Assembly (NCBI GenBank): GCA_038734945.1
Contig: JAVYOA010000004.1
Location: 17,859-41,858 of the forward strand
DNA length: 24,000 nucleotides
From: Fervidicoccaceae archaeon
GTDB taxonomy: Archaea > Thermoproteota > Thermoprotei_A > Sulfolobales > Fervidicoccaceae
Direction: 5' to 3'
Positions 16,053-24,000 of this stretch are shown here, in pieces. How positions within the stretch are numbered: the stretch's first letter is position 1; every line of letters begins with the position of its first letter. A program made the translations under genes and the position numbers. The notes under the pieces are model-generated. The model did not search any database, had not been told where the DNA came from, and worked only from the letters and a program-made list of their open reading frames with translations.

Positions 16053-16385
16053 TCATGCTTCCATGCTCTGAAGCTCAAAAGACGGAGTGCTGTGAGCACT
16101 TTTTCCTGCTTCAGCCATCTGTGAGAGGAGGAGCTCCTCGAGGCAGGCATCAAGGCATGGCAGCTCCACAGCCCTATCCTCATTCACTTTCACAAGCGGG
16201 TGGAAGTTCTCCACGATCTCTGGAAGCGTTATTGTGAGAAGATCTATCTGCAGAGAGTACTTCCTTGAAATATCAATTAGGGCTTCCTTCACCCTCCTCT
16301 CAGCAATTCTGCTCTCCCTTCCCAGATCACCATAGAGCACTACTCTTATCATGATGCTCCCCAGAGAGATCTGATGTTCTATCAA
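16053..16385 (-). CDS. Hypothetical small protein
   Basis: 110-aa ORF directly upstream of, and co-oriented with, 14925-15965. Probable start at MIRVVLYG. No recognisable family. Confidence 0.45.
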   Translation of the reverse strand: MIEHQISLGSIMIRVVLYGDLGRESRIAERRVKEALIDISRKYSLQIDLLTITLPEIVENFHPLVKVNEDRAVELPCLDACLEELLLSQMAEAGKSAHSTPSFELQSMEA

Positions 16386-16428
16386 TGTTTAAAAGATATG
16401 AGATGCATAGACTTATTGCTGATGCATC

Positions 16429-17142
16429 ATGAGGACTGCGCTCCTTTACCTGGATGATTCCTATCTCAAGGAAGCTGAGGTCACAGTTCTCGAGAGCTCC
16501 TCCAACAGGGTAATCCTAGATAGAACAGTCATTCATCCTAGAGCTGGGGGGCTGATATCGGATTCTGGAGCTCTGACAATAAATGGAAGGGAATATCGCA
16601 TAGCAGAGGCAGTCGAAGAGGGAGATGAAGTCGTTCACCTGCTCTCAGAGCAGGCATCTCTATCTCCAGGAGATAGGGGAGTACTGAGGCTTGACTGGGA
16701 GAAAAGATACAGGATAATGAGGGCCCACACAGCTCTGCATGTGCTAATCTCGGTCTTCAACAGATATTCTGGAGCTCTAGTCACTGGAAACCAAGTAACT
16801 GAGGATGTCTCGAGGGTGGATCTTAACTTGGAAAAGCCAGACAGGGATCTCGTTATCTCAGCAATAGCTGAAGCGAACAGGATATTGGCTGAGGGGCATC
16901 CTGTCAAGATATACTACATGAGGAGGGAGGATGCCCTCAAATTGGAAGGAATTGTAAAGCTGGCAAAGGCCCTTCCCCCAAACGTGGAGAGGCTGAGGAT
17001 AGTTGAAATAGAGGGAGTAGACATTCAGGCAGATGGAGGCCCCCATGTCTCAAACACTAGGGAATCTGGAGAGATAGTCTTTCTGAAGCTCGAGAACAAG
17101 GGAAAGAACAACAGGAGAATATACTTCAAGCTAAAGCCGTAG
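16429..17142 (+). CDS. alaX: AlaX-type trans-editing protein (alanyl/threonyl-tRNA synthetase second additional domain, AlaX-M size)
   Basis: HTALHVL (HxxxH) zinc motif and a C-terminal block VEIEGVDIQADGGPHVSNTRESGEI that aligns with the usual CGGTHV.NT..IG. Confidence 0.8.
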   Translation: MRTALLYLDDSYLKEAEVTVLESSSNRVILDRTVIHPRAGGLISDSGALTINGREYRIAEAVEEGDEVVHLLSEQASLSPGDRGVLRLDWEKRYRIMRAHTALHVLISVFNRYSGALVTGNQVTEDVSRVDLNLEKPDRDLVISAIAEANRILAEGHPVKIYYMRREDALKLEGIVKLAKALPPNVERLRIVEIEGVDIQADGGPHVSNTRESGEIVFLKLENKGKNNRRIYFKLKP

Positions 17143-17147
17143 AGAAA

Positions 17148-18065
17148 TCAGCTTATGAACTGAATGGAGGAAAGGACATTTCTCCTCCACTCCTCATTAG
17201 AGAGATCTAGAACAGCTATTGCTGCTGATCTATTGAAATATGGAGGGCCCATCCTGCTGAAGAGAGTGAGAACCGTGCCATTGTGCTGGAGCTTGTAGCC
17301 GTAATCGCTTGGCTCGTGCCCCCTCACAATGAGCCCTATGCTGAAGCTCTTCTTTGCCCAATCTGTAACCAGGGTTCCCCAGAGATAGCCTGCTCCTCTG
17401 GGAGAGGGGAGCCTGACTATGGGATCATCAATTGGATCATTCCATAGAAGCTCAACTGCTAAATCGAAGAAATCCTGATCTCCATGGCCAATCAGAAACT
17501 CCTCCAGGCTTTCAGCCCTCATGTAGTTCTTCGTTGGAAGCCCTCCATGAACTCCTATTATTTCCGAGTTGAGAATGAAGACAAATGGGAGGGAGTCGAA
17601 GAGCTGCCTCGCTGCATTGTATATCTCGCTCCCCCTCTCGTATCCAAACCTCATGTTCAGCTCAGCTGGAAAGTCGTGGGGATATGGAGTAACGCTGGGA
17701 AGGGGCTCGTGATTTCCCCTCAGAGCAACAGTGCTTTTCGGAAAGTGGGAAATGAGCTCAAGCACTGAAAAGAGGCACTCCAGCTGATTTGGGCCTCTAT
17801 CTATGTAGTCTCCCAGGAAGAAAATCTGCGTTTCCCCGGAATCGAGGAGACTTGCATCAATTCTCGACAGGATCTTGCTCAAGCTATCCAGATCTCCATG
17901 TATGTCTCCAACGAAGACAGCAGTTCCTCTGTGCTCCCTCCTCACAATTCTCTCTCTATAGCTTTCCTTGATGAAAGAAGCATATTCCTCAAGGGCTCTG
18001 GAAATTCTCGATGGAGAGCTCAACTCTCTCTCCATATTTTCTCTTGCTATCTCCCAGGCATTCAC
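17148..18065 (-). CDS. PPP-family metallophosphoesterase (Ser/Thr protein phosphatase-like)
   Basis: GDIHGD, GDYIDRG, RGNHE, GVHGG and VRGHE motifs in the canonical order. Its GTG start overlaps the TGA of the upstream DHH gene (GTGA, 18062-18065). An alternative ATG lies at 18035. Confidence 0.85.
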   Translation of the reverse strand: MNAWEIARENMERELSSPSRISRALEEYASFIKESYRERIVRREHRGTAVFVGDIHGDLDSLSKILSRIDASLLDSGETQIFFLGDYIDRGPNQLECLFSVLELISHFPKSTVALRGNHEPLPSVTPYPHDFPAELNMRFGYERGSEIYNAARQLFDSLPFVFILNSEIIGVHGGLPTKNYMRAESLEEFLIGHGDQDFFDLAVELLWNDPIDDPIVRLPSPRGAGYLWGTLVTDWAKKSFSIGLIVRGHEPSDYGYKLQHNGTVLTLFSRMGPPYFNRSAAIAVLDLSNEEWRRNVLSSIQFIS

Positions 18066-19036
18066 CTGGAAATCGCCTCTGAGATGAGCTCGAAGAACTC
18101 AGCCATCCTTCCAATTGGAATCCTGGCCCCGCAAGCTAGGGGGTGCCCCCCAGCATTTCCTCCAAGCCTGGGAGCAATCTTCATGGCAATCTCGTTGATT
18201 TTCATTGAAGCATCAACAGCCCTGAGGCTCATGACTGCCATATCCTTCCTCCTCTCAACAGCTGCACCTACCGGCATTCCAGAAATGGCTCTAGCATATG
18301 TTGCTGCCCTTGGAATGCTGCCTGGAGGATCCTCAACATAGGCTATCTTTCCAGCACTCTTCAGATTCCTCGAGACGAACTCTATTAGAAGCTTCTCATT
18401 CCTGCTCATGAAAATGCTGTTAACAACTATCTCGCTTATTGAGCTCGGATCCCTTCCGGAGGCAAGGCTCTTCACTATCTCCCTCTTAAGATCGTGATAC
18501 TTCCTCATGCCCTCTAGGCCCTGCGAAAGTACTCCAGCCTCATAGTATATGTATCTCTTGTCCCAATTGTTCAGAGCTCTCTGAGCCCAATCAGAGCTGT
18601 CTAAATAGTCGCTTATCGCTCCATACAGGGCAATCTTCTCAAGCTCCCTCTCTTCTACAGAAACAACCTTGAACCTCCTGCTAAGATATTTGTAGCTTAG
18701 CTCTGAGGCTGAGCAGCACTCATCATGCACAAATGCTCCCGGAACTGACCTCTCATCCAGCTCTGGGGGGAGGGGATGGTGATCTATGTAGATTATATCT
18801 CCACCATCATCATGAATCCTCCTTAGCTCCGATATGACCTTCCTCTCATCTCCTGAGGAGAGGGCTATATCTACTATTAGAACGCTCTCTCCGCGCTCAA
18901 CAACAGAGAGATCCTCCTTCAGACCAGCAGGATGGCTGAAGTATATGTTCCTCACATCCCTCAGAGCAAGGAGCCCTATAGCAGCGCTCGATATTCCATC
19001 ACCATCCCCATGAGCTATTATCCACCATCTGCTCAT
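18062..19036 (-). CDS. DHH/DHHA1-family phosphoesterase (RecJ/NrnA-like), paralog 2
   Basis: AHGDGDG, YIDHH and GGNAGGHPLACG motifs. The ATG at 19036 (MSRWWII...) is preceded by GGTG about 9 nt upstream. The longer ORF to 19165 has an implausible N-terminus. Confidence 0.8.
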   Translation of the reverse strand: MSRWWIIAHGDGDGISSAAIGLLALRDVRNIYFSHPAGLKEDLSVVERGESVLIVDIALSSGDERKVISELRRIHDDGGDIIYIDHHPLPPELDERSVPGAFVHDECCSASELSYKYLSRRFKVVSVEERELEKIALYGAISDYLDSSDWAQRALNNWDKRYIYYEAGVLSQGLEGMRKYHDLKREIVKSLASGRDPSSISEIVVNSIFMSRNEKLLIEFVSRNLKSAGKIAYVEDPPGSIPRAATYARAISGMPVGAAVERRKDMAVMSLRAVDASMKINEIAMKIAPRLGGNAGGHPLACGARIPIGRMAEFFELISEAISR

Positions 19037-19218
19037 ATTGGAAGCACCTTTTTCATAAATGCCTTGAAAGAAAACTCTAACTTCAAAAATAAATATGTAT
19101 CCCCTAAATTTCCCAAGCTTGAAAAAGATAATATTGCATTTCTCTGAAGTTATGTTATTATACAACCAATGAACAATTTTTAAGTGAACTTAACATTTCC
19201 CCAAAAGTTGATGGGCCC

Positions 19219-19440
19219 ATGGGAGTAAAGGCTGGAGTGAAGGAGCAGAGAGTGGAGTTCTATGAGGGCTACAAGCTCACATTTCTTTCCTCTGAGAGCG
19301 GGGATGTTCTCGGAGTAATAATTGAGGGGCCCAAGCTTTCCAGACCTCTCTATCTTCCCAAGACCCCCGGGGCGCGCCTATCTGTGAAGATTCCAGAGCG
19401 CGTTAGAAAATACCTTATAAAGGAGGGCTTCATTTTATAG
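19219..19440 (+). CDS. Hypothetical small protein
   Basis: 73-aa ORF with core-like composition, immediately upstream of the GltD-like gene. No recognisable motif. Confidence 0.4.
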   Translation: MGVKAGVKEQRVEFYEGYKLTFLSSESGDVLGVIIEGPKLSRPLYLPKTPGARLSVKIPERVRKYLIKEGFIL

Positions 19441-19459
19441 GAAAAAGGGTGCAGTTTGA

Positions 19460-20467
19460 TTGCGTTTCCTGAAGTGCGATCTTTCTAGGCTTCCTCCTCT
19501 AAATGGAAAGAGAGTTGCAGTAATAGGACTTGGACCAGCAGGACTTGGAGCAGTAGGCTCTCTAATATGCAGGGGCTACGAGATAATAGCATATGATGCG
19601 CATCCAGAGCCGGGAGGCCTCCTCATGTTTGGAATTCCAGAGTTCAGAATAAGCAAGAGCAGTGTTAGGGAAGGAGTTAGAGAGCTAACAATGAGCGGGA
19701 GAGTGAGCTTTGTCAGCGGAAAGATGATAGGAAGGGACATTGAGCTGGACGAGGCTGTTGAGGGAAGCGATGCAGCCCTGATAGCGACTGGAACAATAGC
19801 TACGAAGAAAATAGGAATAAACTGCGAGGACTCTCCAGATGTTCTCCCCTCAGTCGAGTGGCTCATAGACTATCACAGACTGAAGCTCGGATACTCTCCA
19901 ATGTACGGCTACACTAGCTCATCTCTTAAGGAGCCAGTCGGCATAATAGGAGGAGGGCTGACAGCAGCAGATGCAGCCCAGGTCTCAGGCTTCGAGCTGA
20001 AGCTAAAAACAAAGATAATCTACAGAAGAAGCAAGGATGTGGCCCCAATGGGAAAGAATGAGGCATTGAGGCTGGAAAGAGGAGGGGTTGAGTTCCTGGA
20101 AAATCTCGCTCCAAAGGAATTCCTCTGTGATTCGGAAAAGAGCCTAAAGGGAGGGATTTTCTACAGAACACAGATCATTGGAAAGGGGAGGGAGGGAAAG
20201 CTTGTATATGGAGAGGAGGCTTTCGTAGACTTCTTTACAGCAATAAATGCAATAGGAGCCAAGCCCACTCCTCCCGAGAACATTGAAAAGCACGGCCTGA
20301 AGTTGAAGGAGGATGGAACAATATATGTCGATGAGAGGGGAATGACAACAAGGGAGAAAATTTTTGCAGCTGGAGACGTTGTAAACGGCCCCTCCAAGAT
20401 AGGTGTAGCACTGAAGAGCGGAATGGATGCTGCTCTAAGCATAGATAGATATCTTTCACAAAAATAG
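19460..20467 (+). CDS. FAD/NAD(P)-dependent oxidoreductase, glutamate synthase small-subunit (GltD/SudA)-like, lacking the N-terminal Fe-S domain
   Basis: VAVIGLGPAGLGA...YDAHPEPGGLLMFGIPEFRISK and C-terminal IFAAGDVVNGPSKIGVALKSGMDAA match the GltD family pattern. TTG start with AAGGGTG 7 nt upstream. Confidence 0.8.
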   Translation: MRFLKCDLSRLPPLNGKRVAVIGLGPAGLGAVGSLICRGYEIIAYDAHPEPGGLLMFGIPEFRISKSSVREGVRELTMSGRVSFVSGKMIGRDIELDEAVEGSDAALIATGTIATKKIGINCEDSPDVLPSVEWLIDYHRLKLGYSPMYGYTSSSLKEPVGIIGGGLTAADAAQVSGFELKLKTKIIYRRSKDVAPMGKNEALRLERGGVEFLENLAPKEFLCDSEKSLKGGIFYRTQIIGKGREGKLVYGEEAFVDFFTAINAIGAKPTPPENIEKHGLKLKEDGTIYVDERGMTTREKIFAAGDVVNGPSKIGVALKSGMDAALSIDRYLSQK

Positions 20468-20492
20468 AAAGCAAAATCTTTCATGGGAAAGA

Positions 20493-20569
20493 TGGTGGAC
20501 CGGCCGGGACTTGAACCCGGGACCTCTCGGATGCCAACCGAGCGCTCTTCCAGGCTGAGCTACCGGCCC
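20493..20569 (-). tRNA. tRNA-Ala(GGC), intron-less, encoded CCA
   Basis: The reverse complement reads GGGCCGG-TA-GCTC-AGCCTGGAA-GAGC-G-CTCGG-TTGGCAT-CCGAG-AGGTC-CCGGG-TTCAAGT-CCCGG-CCGGTCC-A-CCA. A G3:U70 identity pair is present. Confidence 0.95.
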
Positions 20570-20625
20570 CCAGAATATTCACTTAATACTCCAGGTTTTA
20601 AAACTTAATTCTTTGGTAATATAAA

Positions 20626-21591
20626 ATGCTCTACAACGAAATAGGAGTGGAGAAATTTCTCACAGCAACAAGAGCAGCTCTTGTTGAGGACTTCATGAGC
20701 AGCTGTTCGGATTTCATCGTTGTGGAGAGATCCCTTGTTCCAGTGAGCAGAGAGGGGAAACTTCATGCTTACTTTCTAATTAAAGCAGGGATGTCAACGC
20801 AGAGAGCTTTCGAAATTCTGAGGGAAAAGAAATATGCAGGAGAAATCGGATACTATGGCCTGAAGGACAGCAATTCCCTCTCAGTGCAGAGAATAGTTCT
20901 CTCCAAGAGCCTGGGAGACAGCTTCTGCTTGAATGGAAAGGCTCTGCTGAAATACATTGGAAAAACTAGCTTCTTTCCAAGGAGGGGAGGCTTCGATGGA
21001 AACATCTTTGCCATAAGGCTCCCAGGCAGTGAGCAATCCCTTTCAACATTGAAGGAGCTTCAAAGAACATCGCACTTCCCAAACTTCTTTGGCCATCAGA
21101 GATTTGGAACAAGGAAACCCCTGAATCATGAAATTGCCATAGATCTTCTGCAGAAGGGGAAGCTAGATCCTAGAAGATCCTGGAAGCACAGAATCATAGC
21201 AGAATCCCTCCAGGCTTTTATCTTCAACAGATGCCTCTCGAGGCTCAGAGATTCCTCTAATCTCAGCAGATTCGGCCTCCTCATTGGGAAGGAATTTGAA
21301 AAATATGAGAGAAGGGAAGGCGTTTCTGGTGAGCACTTCATCTGCGCTTTGAGGGAAGCAGAATCCCTCGGAATTCTAGAAGCAGTTAGCAAAATGAGCT
21401 TTCCAAAAGCTCAGCTGAGGCAGCTCTACATACAGAATCCCCTCACAAGGTACTACAGCTTGAATGGAAAAATTTTTGCAGTTCTCAAAATGCCTCCAGG
21501 AAGCTATGCCTCTCTAGTAATAAGAGAAATCTTCAAGGAGAACGAGGACTGGATTTTCAGAAAGTGCTCCTTCCCAAGAATATGCTCTTAG
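20626..21591 (+). CDS. truD: tRNA pseudouridine synthase TruD/Pus7 family (short form)
   Basis: GYYGLKDSNSLSVQRI (GxKD catalytic Asp motif) and FPNFFGHQRFG (NYFG.QRFG motif). Confidence 0.8.
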   Translation: MLYNEIGVEKFLTATRAALVEDFMSSCSDFIVVERSLVPVSREGKLHAYFLIKAGMSTQRAFEILREKKYAGEIGYYGLKDSNSLSVQRIVLSKSLGDSFCLNGKALLKYIGKTSFFPRRGGFDGNIFAIRLPGSEQSLSTLKELQRTSHFPNFFGHQRFGTRKPLNHEIAIDLLQKGKLDPRRSWKHRIIAESLQAFIFNRCLSRLRDSSNLSRFGLLIGKEFEKYERREGVSGEHFICALREAESLGILEAVSKMSFPKAQLRQLYIQNPLTRYYSLNGKIFAVLKMPPGSYASLVIREIFKENEDWIFRKCSFPRICS

Positions 21592-21725
21592 CTGATCTTC
21601 AACAGAAATTTTTCTCAAGCAAAACAGCAGATCACTAATTTATATTAGTCCTTTTAGGAATTGATTAATTGAAGCTGCATTTAACTGAATGAGCAGAGCT
21701 TATCTGCGATCTCCAGAAGGAGGAG

Positions 21726-22244
21726 GTGTCGAAAATAGTAAAGATACCGCTTGACTACATCTGCGTCAAGACAGGGATCCTCTGCCCCCGCTGCCACAGG
21801 CTCGTGGAGAGCGGAAAGGTGCTGCAGGAGGAAATACCGGTGATGAAGGCATTAATAGAGCTTGAGGAAGACAAGGACTTCAAGCAGCTCAAGGACATAA
21901 CATATGTGAGGACAATTGCATCGAGAGATCTCACCGTAATAATTGTGAAGAGCGGAGGGGTGGAGCAGCTTCTTCTGAAGAGAGCTGCTAAGGCGCTGAG
22001 CGACATGCTTGGAAGGAGGGTGCAGATAGTTGAGCAGACAGGCGATCTGAAGAAACTTGCATCGGAGCTGCTGAGTCCTGTCAGAATAAATGGAGTGAAC
22101 ACTGTTTGGCTCCCAGATGGAAGCACAGAGTACATAGTTAGGATAAGCCGATATGAGCTCAGATCCCTCCCCTCAAAGCTCGAGGTTCTAGAGGAGATCC
22201 TTTCAAAGATGCTTGGATCCCCAGCTAGAATAAGAGCAGAATAG
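21726..22244 (+). CDS. NusA-like KH-fold RNA-binding protein with an N-terminal Cys knuckle
   Basis: The pattern VIIVKSGG....LGRRVQIVEQTGD...L.SELLSPVRINGV resembles archaeal NusA-like KH proteins. C-x6-CPRC at the N-terminus. GTG start after GAAGGAGGAGG. Confidence 0.5.
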   Translation: MSKIVKIPLDYICVKTGILCPRCHRLVESGKVLQEEIPVMKALIELEEDKDFKQLKDITYVRTIASRDLTVIIVKSGGVEQLLLKRAAKALSDMLGRRVQIVEQTGDLKKLASELLSPVRINGVNTVWLPDGSTEYIVRISRYELRSLPSKLEVLEEILSKMLGSPARIRAE

Positions 22245-22604
22245 CTAGTAGAGCTTAAGATCTCCAGTTATTCTATCCACAGCATCGTCTGGAGCTGGCC
22301 CTATTCCAACAGCTGTTGCAGTTCCAGGCTCAAGCTGGGTCAATCCTGCATCGCTTATGAATGATGCCGGAAGCCCCATGCTTAAAGCCCTCTCATAGAG
22401 AATGCCAAGCTCCTTCTGACTGCTTACCTTCACAACAATCTTCTTCTGCCCCTCCTTAACCCATGCCCTCAGCCACTCATTCCAAGCCTCATTTTTAGAT
22501 TCTATTATGAGAAGAATGCATGAAACGCTTGCATGGGCAACCTGGACAGCGAGCTTTCCAGCCCCCATCCTCAGATCCTTTCTCGCAGCAATTACCTGCT
22601 TCAT
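22245..22604 (-). CDS. pth2: Peptidyl-tRNA hydrolase, archaeal type (Pth2)
   Basis: KQVIAARKDLRMGAGKLAVQVAHASV ... KIVVKV ... DAGLTQLEPGTATAVGIGP is the canonical PTH2 pattern, and the 119-aa length fits. Confidence 0.9.
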   Translation of the reverse strand: MKQVIAARKDLRMGAGKLAVQVAHASVSCILLIIESKNEAWNEWLRAWVKEGQKKIVVKVSSQKELGILYERALSMGLPASFISDAGLTQLEPGTATAVGIGPAPDDAVDRITGDLKLY

Positions 22605-22694
22605 TCAGCAATACCACCAATGCCTATTGCTTAAATATTTATTAACGATTTTGCTGAGAGCGATCTGAGGAACTGCTTAAGAGGAAGATCCAGC

Positions 22695-22907
22695 ATGCAA
22701 ACAAGCTATCCATCAACGAGGATAAGCCTGCATGATACAGTTAAGACAAGGACATGCACGAGCTGCAGGAAAACAATTCCTCCTGATGAGAAGCCAGTTA
22801 TATTTCTCTGCCCCAACTGCGGAAAGGTGGAAATAATAAGGTGCAACATGTGCAGAAAGCAGGGAGTGAAGTACACTTGCCCAGTGTGCGGATTCACTGG
22901 TCCATGA
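22695..22907 (+). CDS. Zn-ribbon RNA-binding protein (COG2888 family), commonly found upstream of aEF-1beta
   Basis: CTSCRK...FLCPNCGKVEIIRCNMCRKQGVKYTCPVCGFTGP: four CxxC pairs in the family-typical arrangement, with conserved synteny to aEF-1beta. Confidence 0.8.
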   Translation: MQTSYPSTRISLHDTVKTRTCTSCRKTIPPDEKPVIFLCPNCGKVEIIRCNMCRKQGVKYTCPVCGFTGP

Positions 22908-22920
22908 GGAGGTAATTGAG

Positions 22921-23199
22921 ATGGCAAGAGTTCTGGCATCGGTAAGAGTATATCCAAGCGACAGCATCAGCGATAGGGGAAAGCTGCTTGACGAGATAAG
23001 GAAGGTGCTTCCAGAGGAATACCACATACTGAAGGCCTCTGAGGAGCCCATAGCATTCGGCTACAAAGCTCTAAAGCTCTACATAACCTTCCCCGAGGAT
23101 ACTGAGGGGGGGACAGAGAAGCTTGAGGAGCTGCTCCGCTCAATCAGCGGAATTGATGACCTGGAAATAGAGAGCGTATCCAGGCTCAGCAGCTTCTGA
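22921..23199 (+). CDS. ef1b: Translation elongation factor aEF-1 beta
   Basis: 92 aa. The pattern V.VYP.D........L..EI.K.LP.......EEPIAFGYKALKLYI.F.ED.EGGT..LEE.L..I.G....E.....R is typical of aEF-1beta. GGAGGT SD upstream. Confidence 0.9.
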   Translation: MARVLASVRVYPSDSISDRGKLLDEIRKVLPEEYHILKASEEPIAFGYKALKLYITFPEDTEGGTEKLEELLRSISGIDDLEIESVSRLSSF

Positions 23200-23220
23200 G
23201 CACTTTTCAGAAAAACGTAT

Positions 23221-23234
23221 TTTAATATTTAAAC
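23221..23234 (+). promoter_or_regulatory. TATA box for SRP RNA
   Basis: TTTAATATTTAAAC lies about 15-25 nt upstream of where the GC-rich RNA begins. Confidence 0.45.
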
Positions 23235-23247
23235 AACATAATAAGAA

Positions 23248-23552
23248 GTGCGGGTAGGGCCGGGGGCTCGCCCTCCCCATTTCCGAGGTGGGCGCAAGGC
23301 GGGGCCAGTAATCCCATGGAGGGGGCCGAGGCTGGGGATGAATCCCTGGATAGTGATGAGCTCCGCCCTGTGGGGTCGTGGGAGGAGGCTGGTTGGCTGG
23401 AGGGCCAGCCAGACCTCCCTGACCGAGGGAAACTGGCCAGGCCCGGAAGGGAGCAACCTGTCCTCGGATCACGGCGTTCACAGGTCACCGGAGGGAGCAA
23501 TTCCAGGGGAAGTTCGCCTCAGCGCAGGCTTCCTCCATGGGAAGCCGCATCA
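23248..23552 (+). ncRNA. ffs: Signal recognition particle RNA (archaeal 7S/SRP RNA)
   Basis: A very GC-rich block of about 305 nt contains the universally conserved helix-8 motif CCAGGCCCGGAAGGGAGCAAC. The 5' GCGGG and 3' CCGC ends are complementary, and GGCTGG/CCAGCC forms a helix-6-like hairpin. The many overlapping ORFs here are GC artefacts. End coordinates are accurate to about +/-5 nt. Confidence 0.9.
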
Positions 23553-23571
23553 GTTTAGAACCTAAAAAAAG

Positions 23572-24000
23572 GTGGGAGAGTTGAGCAAGTCTAGCAAGGG
23601 AACAGTTGAATCTATAATGAGCAAGCCGCCGATAACTGTGCATAAGAACGATAGCGTGCAGGATGCAGCAAAGCTCATGTTCAACAACAGGATTGGTAGC
23701 GTCCTGGTTGTGGATGATGATGGAAGGCTGATAGGAATACTGACTGAGAGGGATCTCGTATATTTGGTATCAACTGGAAAGTCGCAGCTGCTGAATGAAT
23801 ATCCTGTCTGGCAGCTCATGACAGAGAATCCAGTCACTGCGAAGCCAACAGATACTATAGAGGAGGCGCTTGCAAGGATGAAGGAGATAAATGTGAGGCA
23901 TCTGCCTGTGGTGGATGATGATGGCAAGCCTGTTGGAGTCCTCTCAATAAGGGACATAATAGACTTCATGCTGAGAATGATAAGGCTCATTCACGGATGA
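23572..24000 (+). CDS. CBS-domain pair protein
   Basis: Two CBS repeats: IMSKPPITV....V.DAAKLM....IGSVLVVDDDGRLIGILTERDL and LMTENPVTA.P...I.EALARM.E..VRHLPVVDDDGKPVGVLSIRDI. The stop is at the window end. Confidence 0.85.
   Translation: MGELSKSSKGTVESIMSKPPITVHKNDSVQDAAKLMFNNRIGSVLVVDDDGRLIGILTERDLVYLVSTGKSQLLNEYPVWQLMTENPVTAKPTDTIEEALARMKEINVRHLPVVDDDGKPVGVLSIRDIIDFMLRMIRLIHG

Noticed and set aside
23140-23565. Six overlapping ORFs (75-113 aa) on both strands, rich in Pro/Gly/Arg
   Set aside because: They lie on the SRP RNA gene. They are artefacts of a GC-rich structured RNA, and none has start-site or motif support.

Overview
Archaeal chromosomal segment, probably from a hyperthermophilic TACK/crenarchaeote-like organism. 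Lineage support: an ESCRT-III/CdvB paralog, aEF-1beta, Pth2, an archaeal SRP (7S) RNA, a non-canonical tRNA intron, and stable-RNA stems that are far more GC-rich than the background (judged by eye at mid-40s % GC, not computed). Most of the window is ordinary housekeeping: 2-hydroxyacid dehydrogenase, CdvB-like protein, enolase, MtnA/aIF-2BI isomerase, two DHH/DHHA1 phosphoesterases, CodA-like amidohydrolase, TtuA/NcsA tRNA thiolase, DUF211, AlaX, PPP phosphatase, GltD-like oxidoreductase, TruD, NusA-like KH protein, Pth2, COG2888 zinc ribbon, aEF-1beta and a CBS protein. RNA genes are tRNA-Thr(UGU) with a 15-nt D-arm intron, tRNA-Ala(GGC) and SRP RNA. I did not find a clear novel multi-gene system. 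The main things worth a second look are: (1) a promoter-equipped tRNA-Gln(CUG) 5' half that stops exactly at position 37, with no 3' half anywhere in the window, so it is either a split/trans-spliced tRNA candidate or a truncated gene; (2) a roughly 4.8-kb AT-richer, gene-poor decayed island (5076-9851) starting at the 3' end of tRNA-Thr, holding restriction-modification-like fragments, a GT4 glycosyltransferase, a Cas6/RAMP-like C-terminal fragment and a two-repeat/one-spacer CRISPR-like remnant; (3) a possible C/D box sRNA just downstream of enolase; (4) several uncharacterised or unusual proteins (TudS/DUF523-like fusion, 346-aa orphan, AlaX with Asp in place of a zinc-ligand Cys). All homology calls come from motif recognition by eye; no searches were run.
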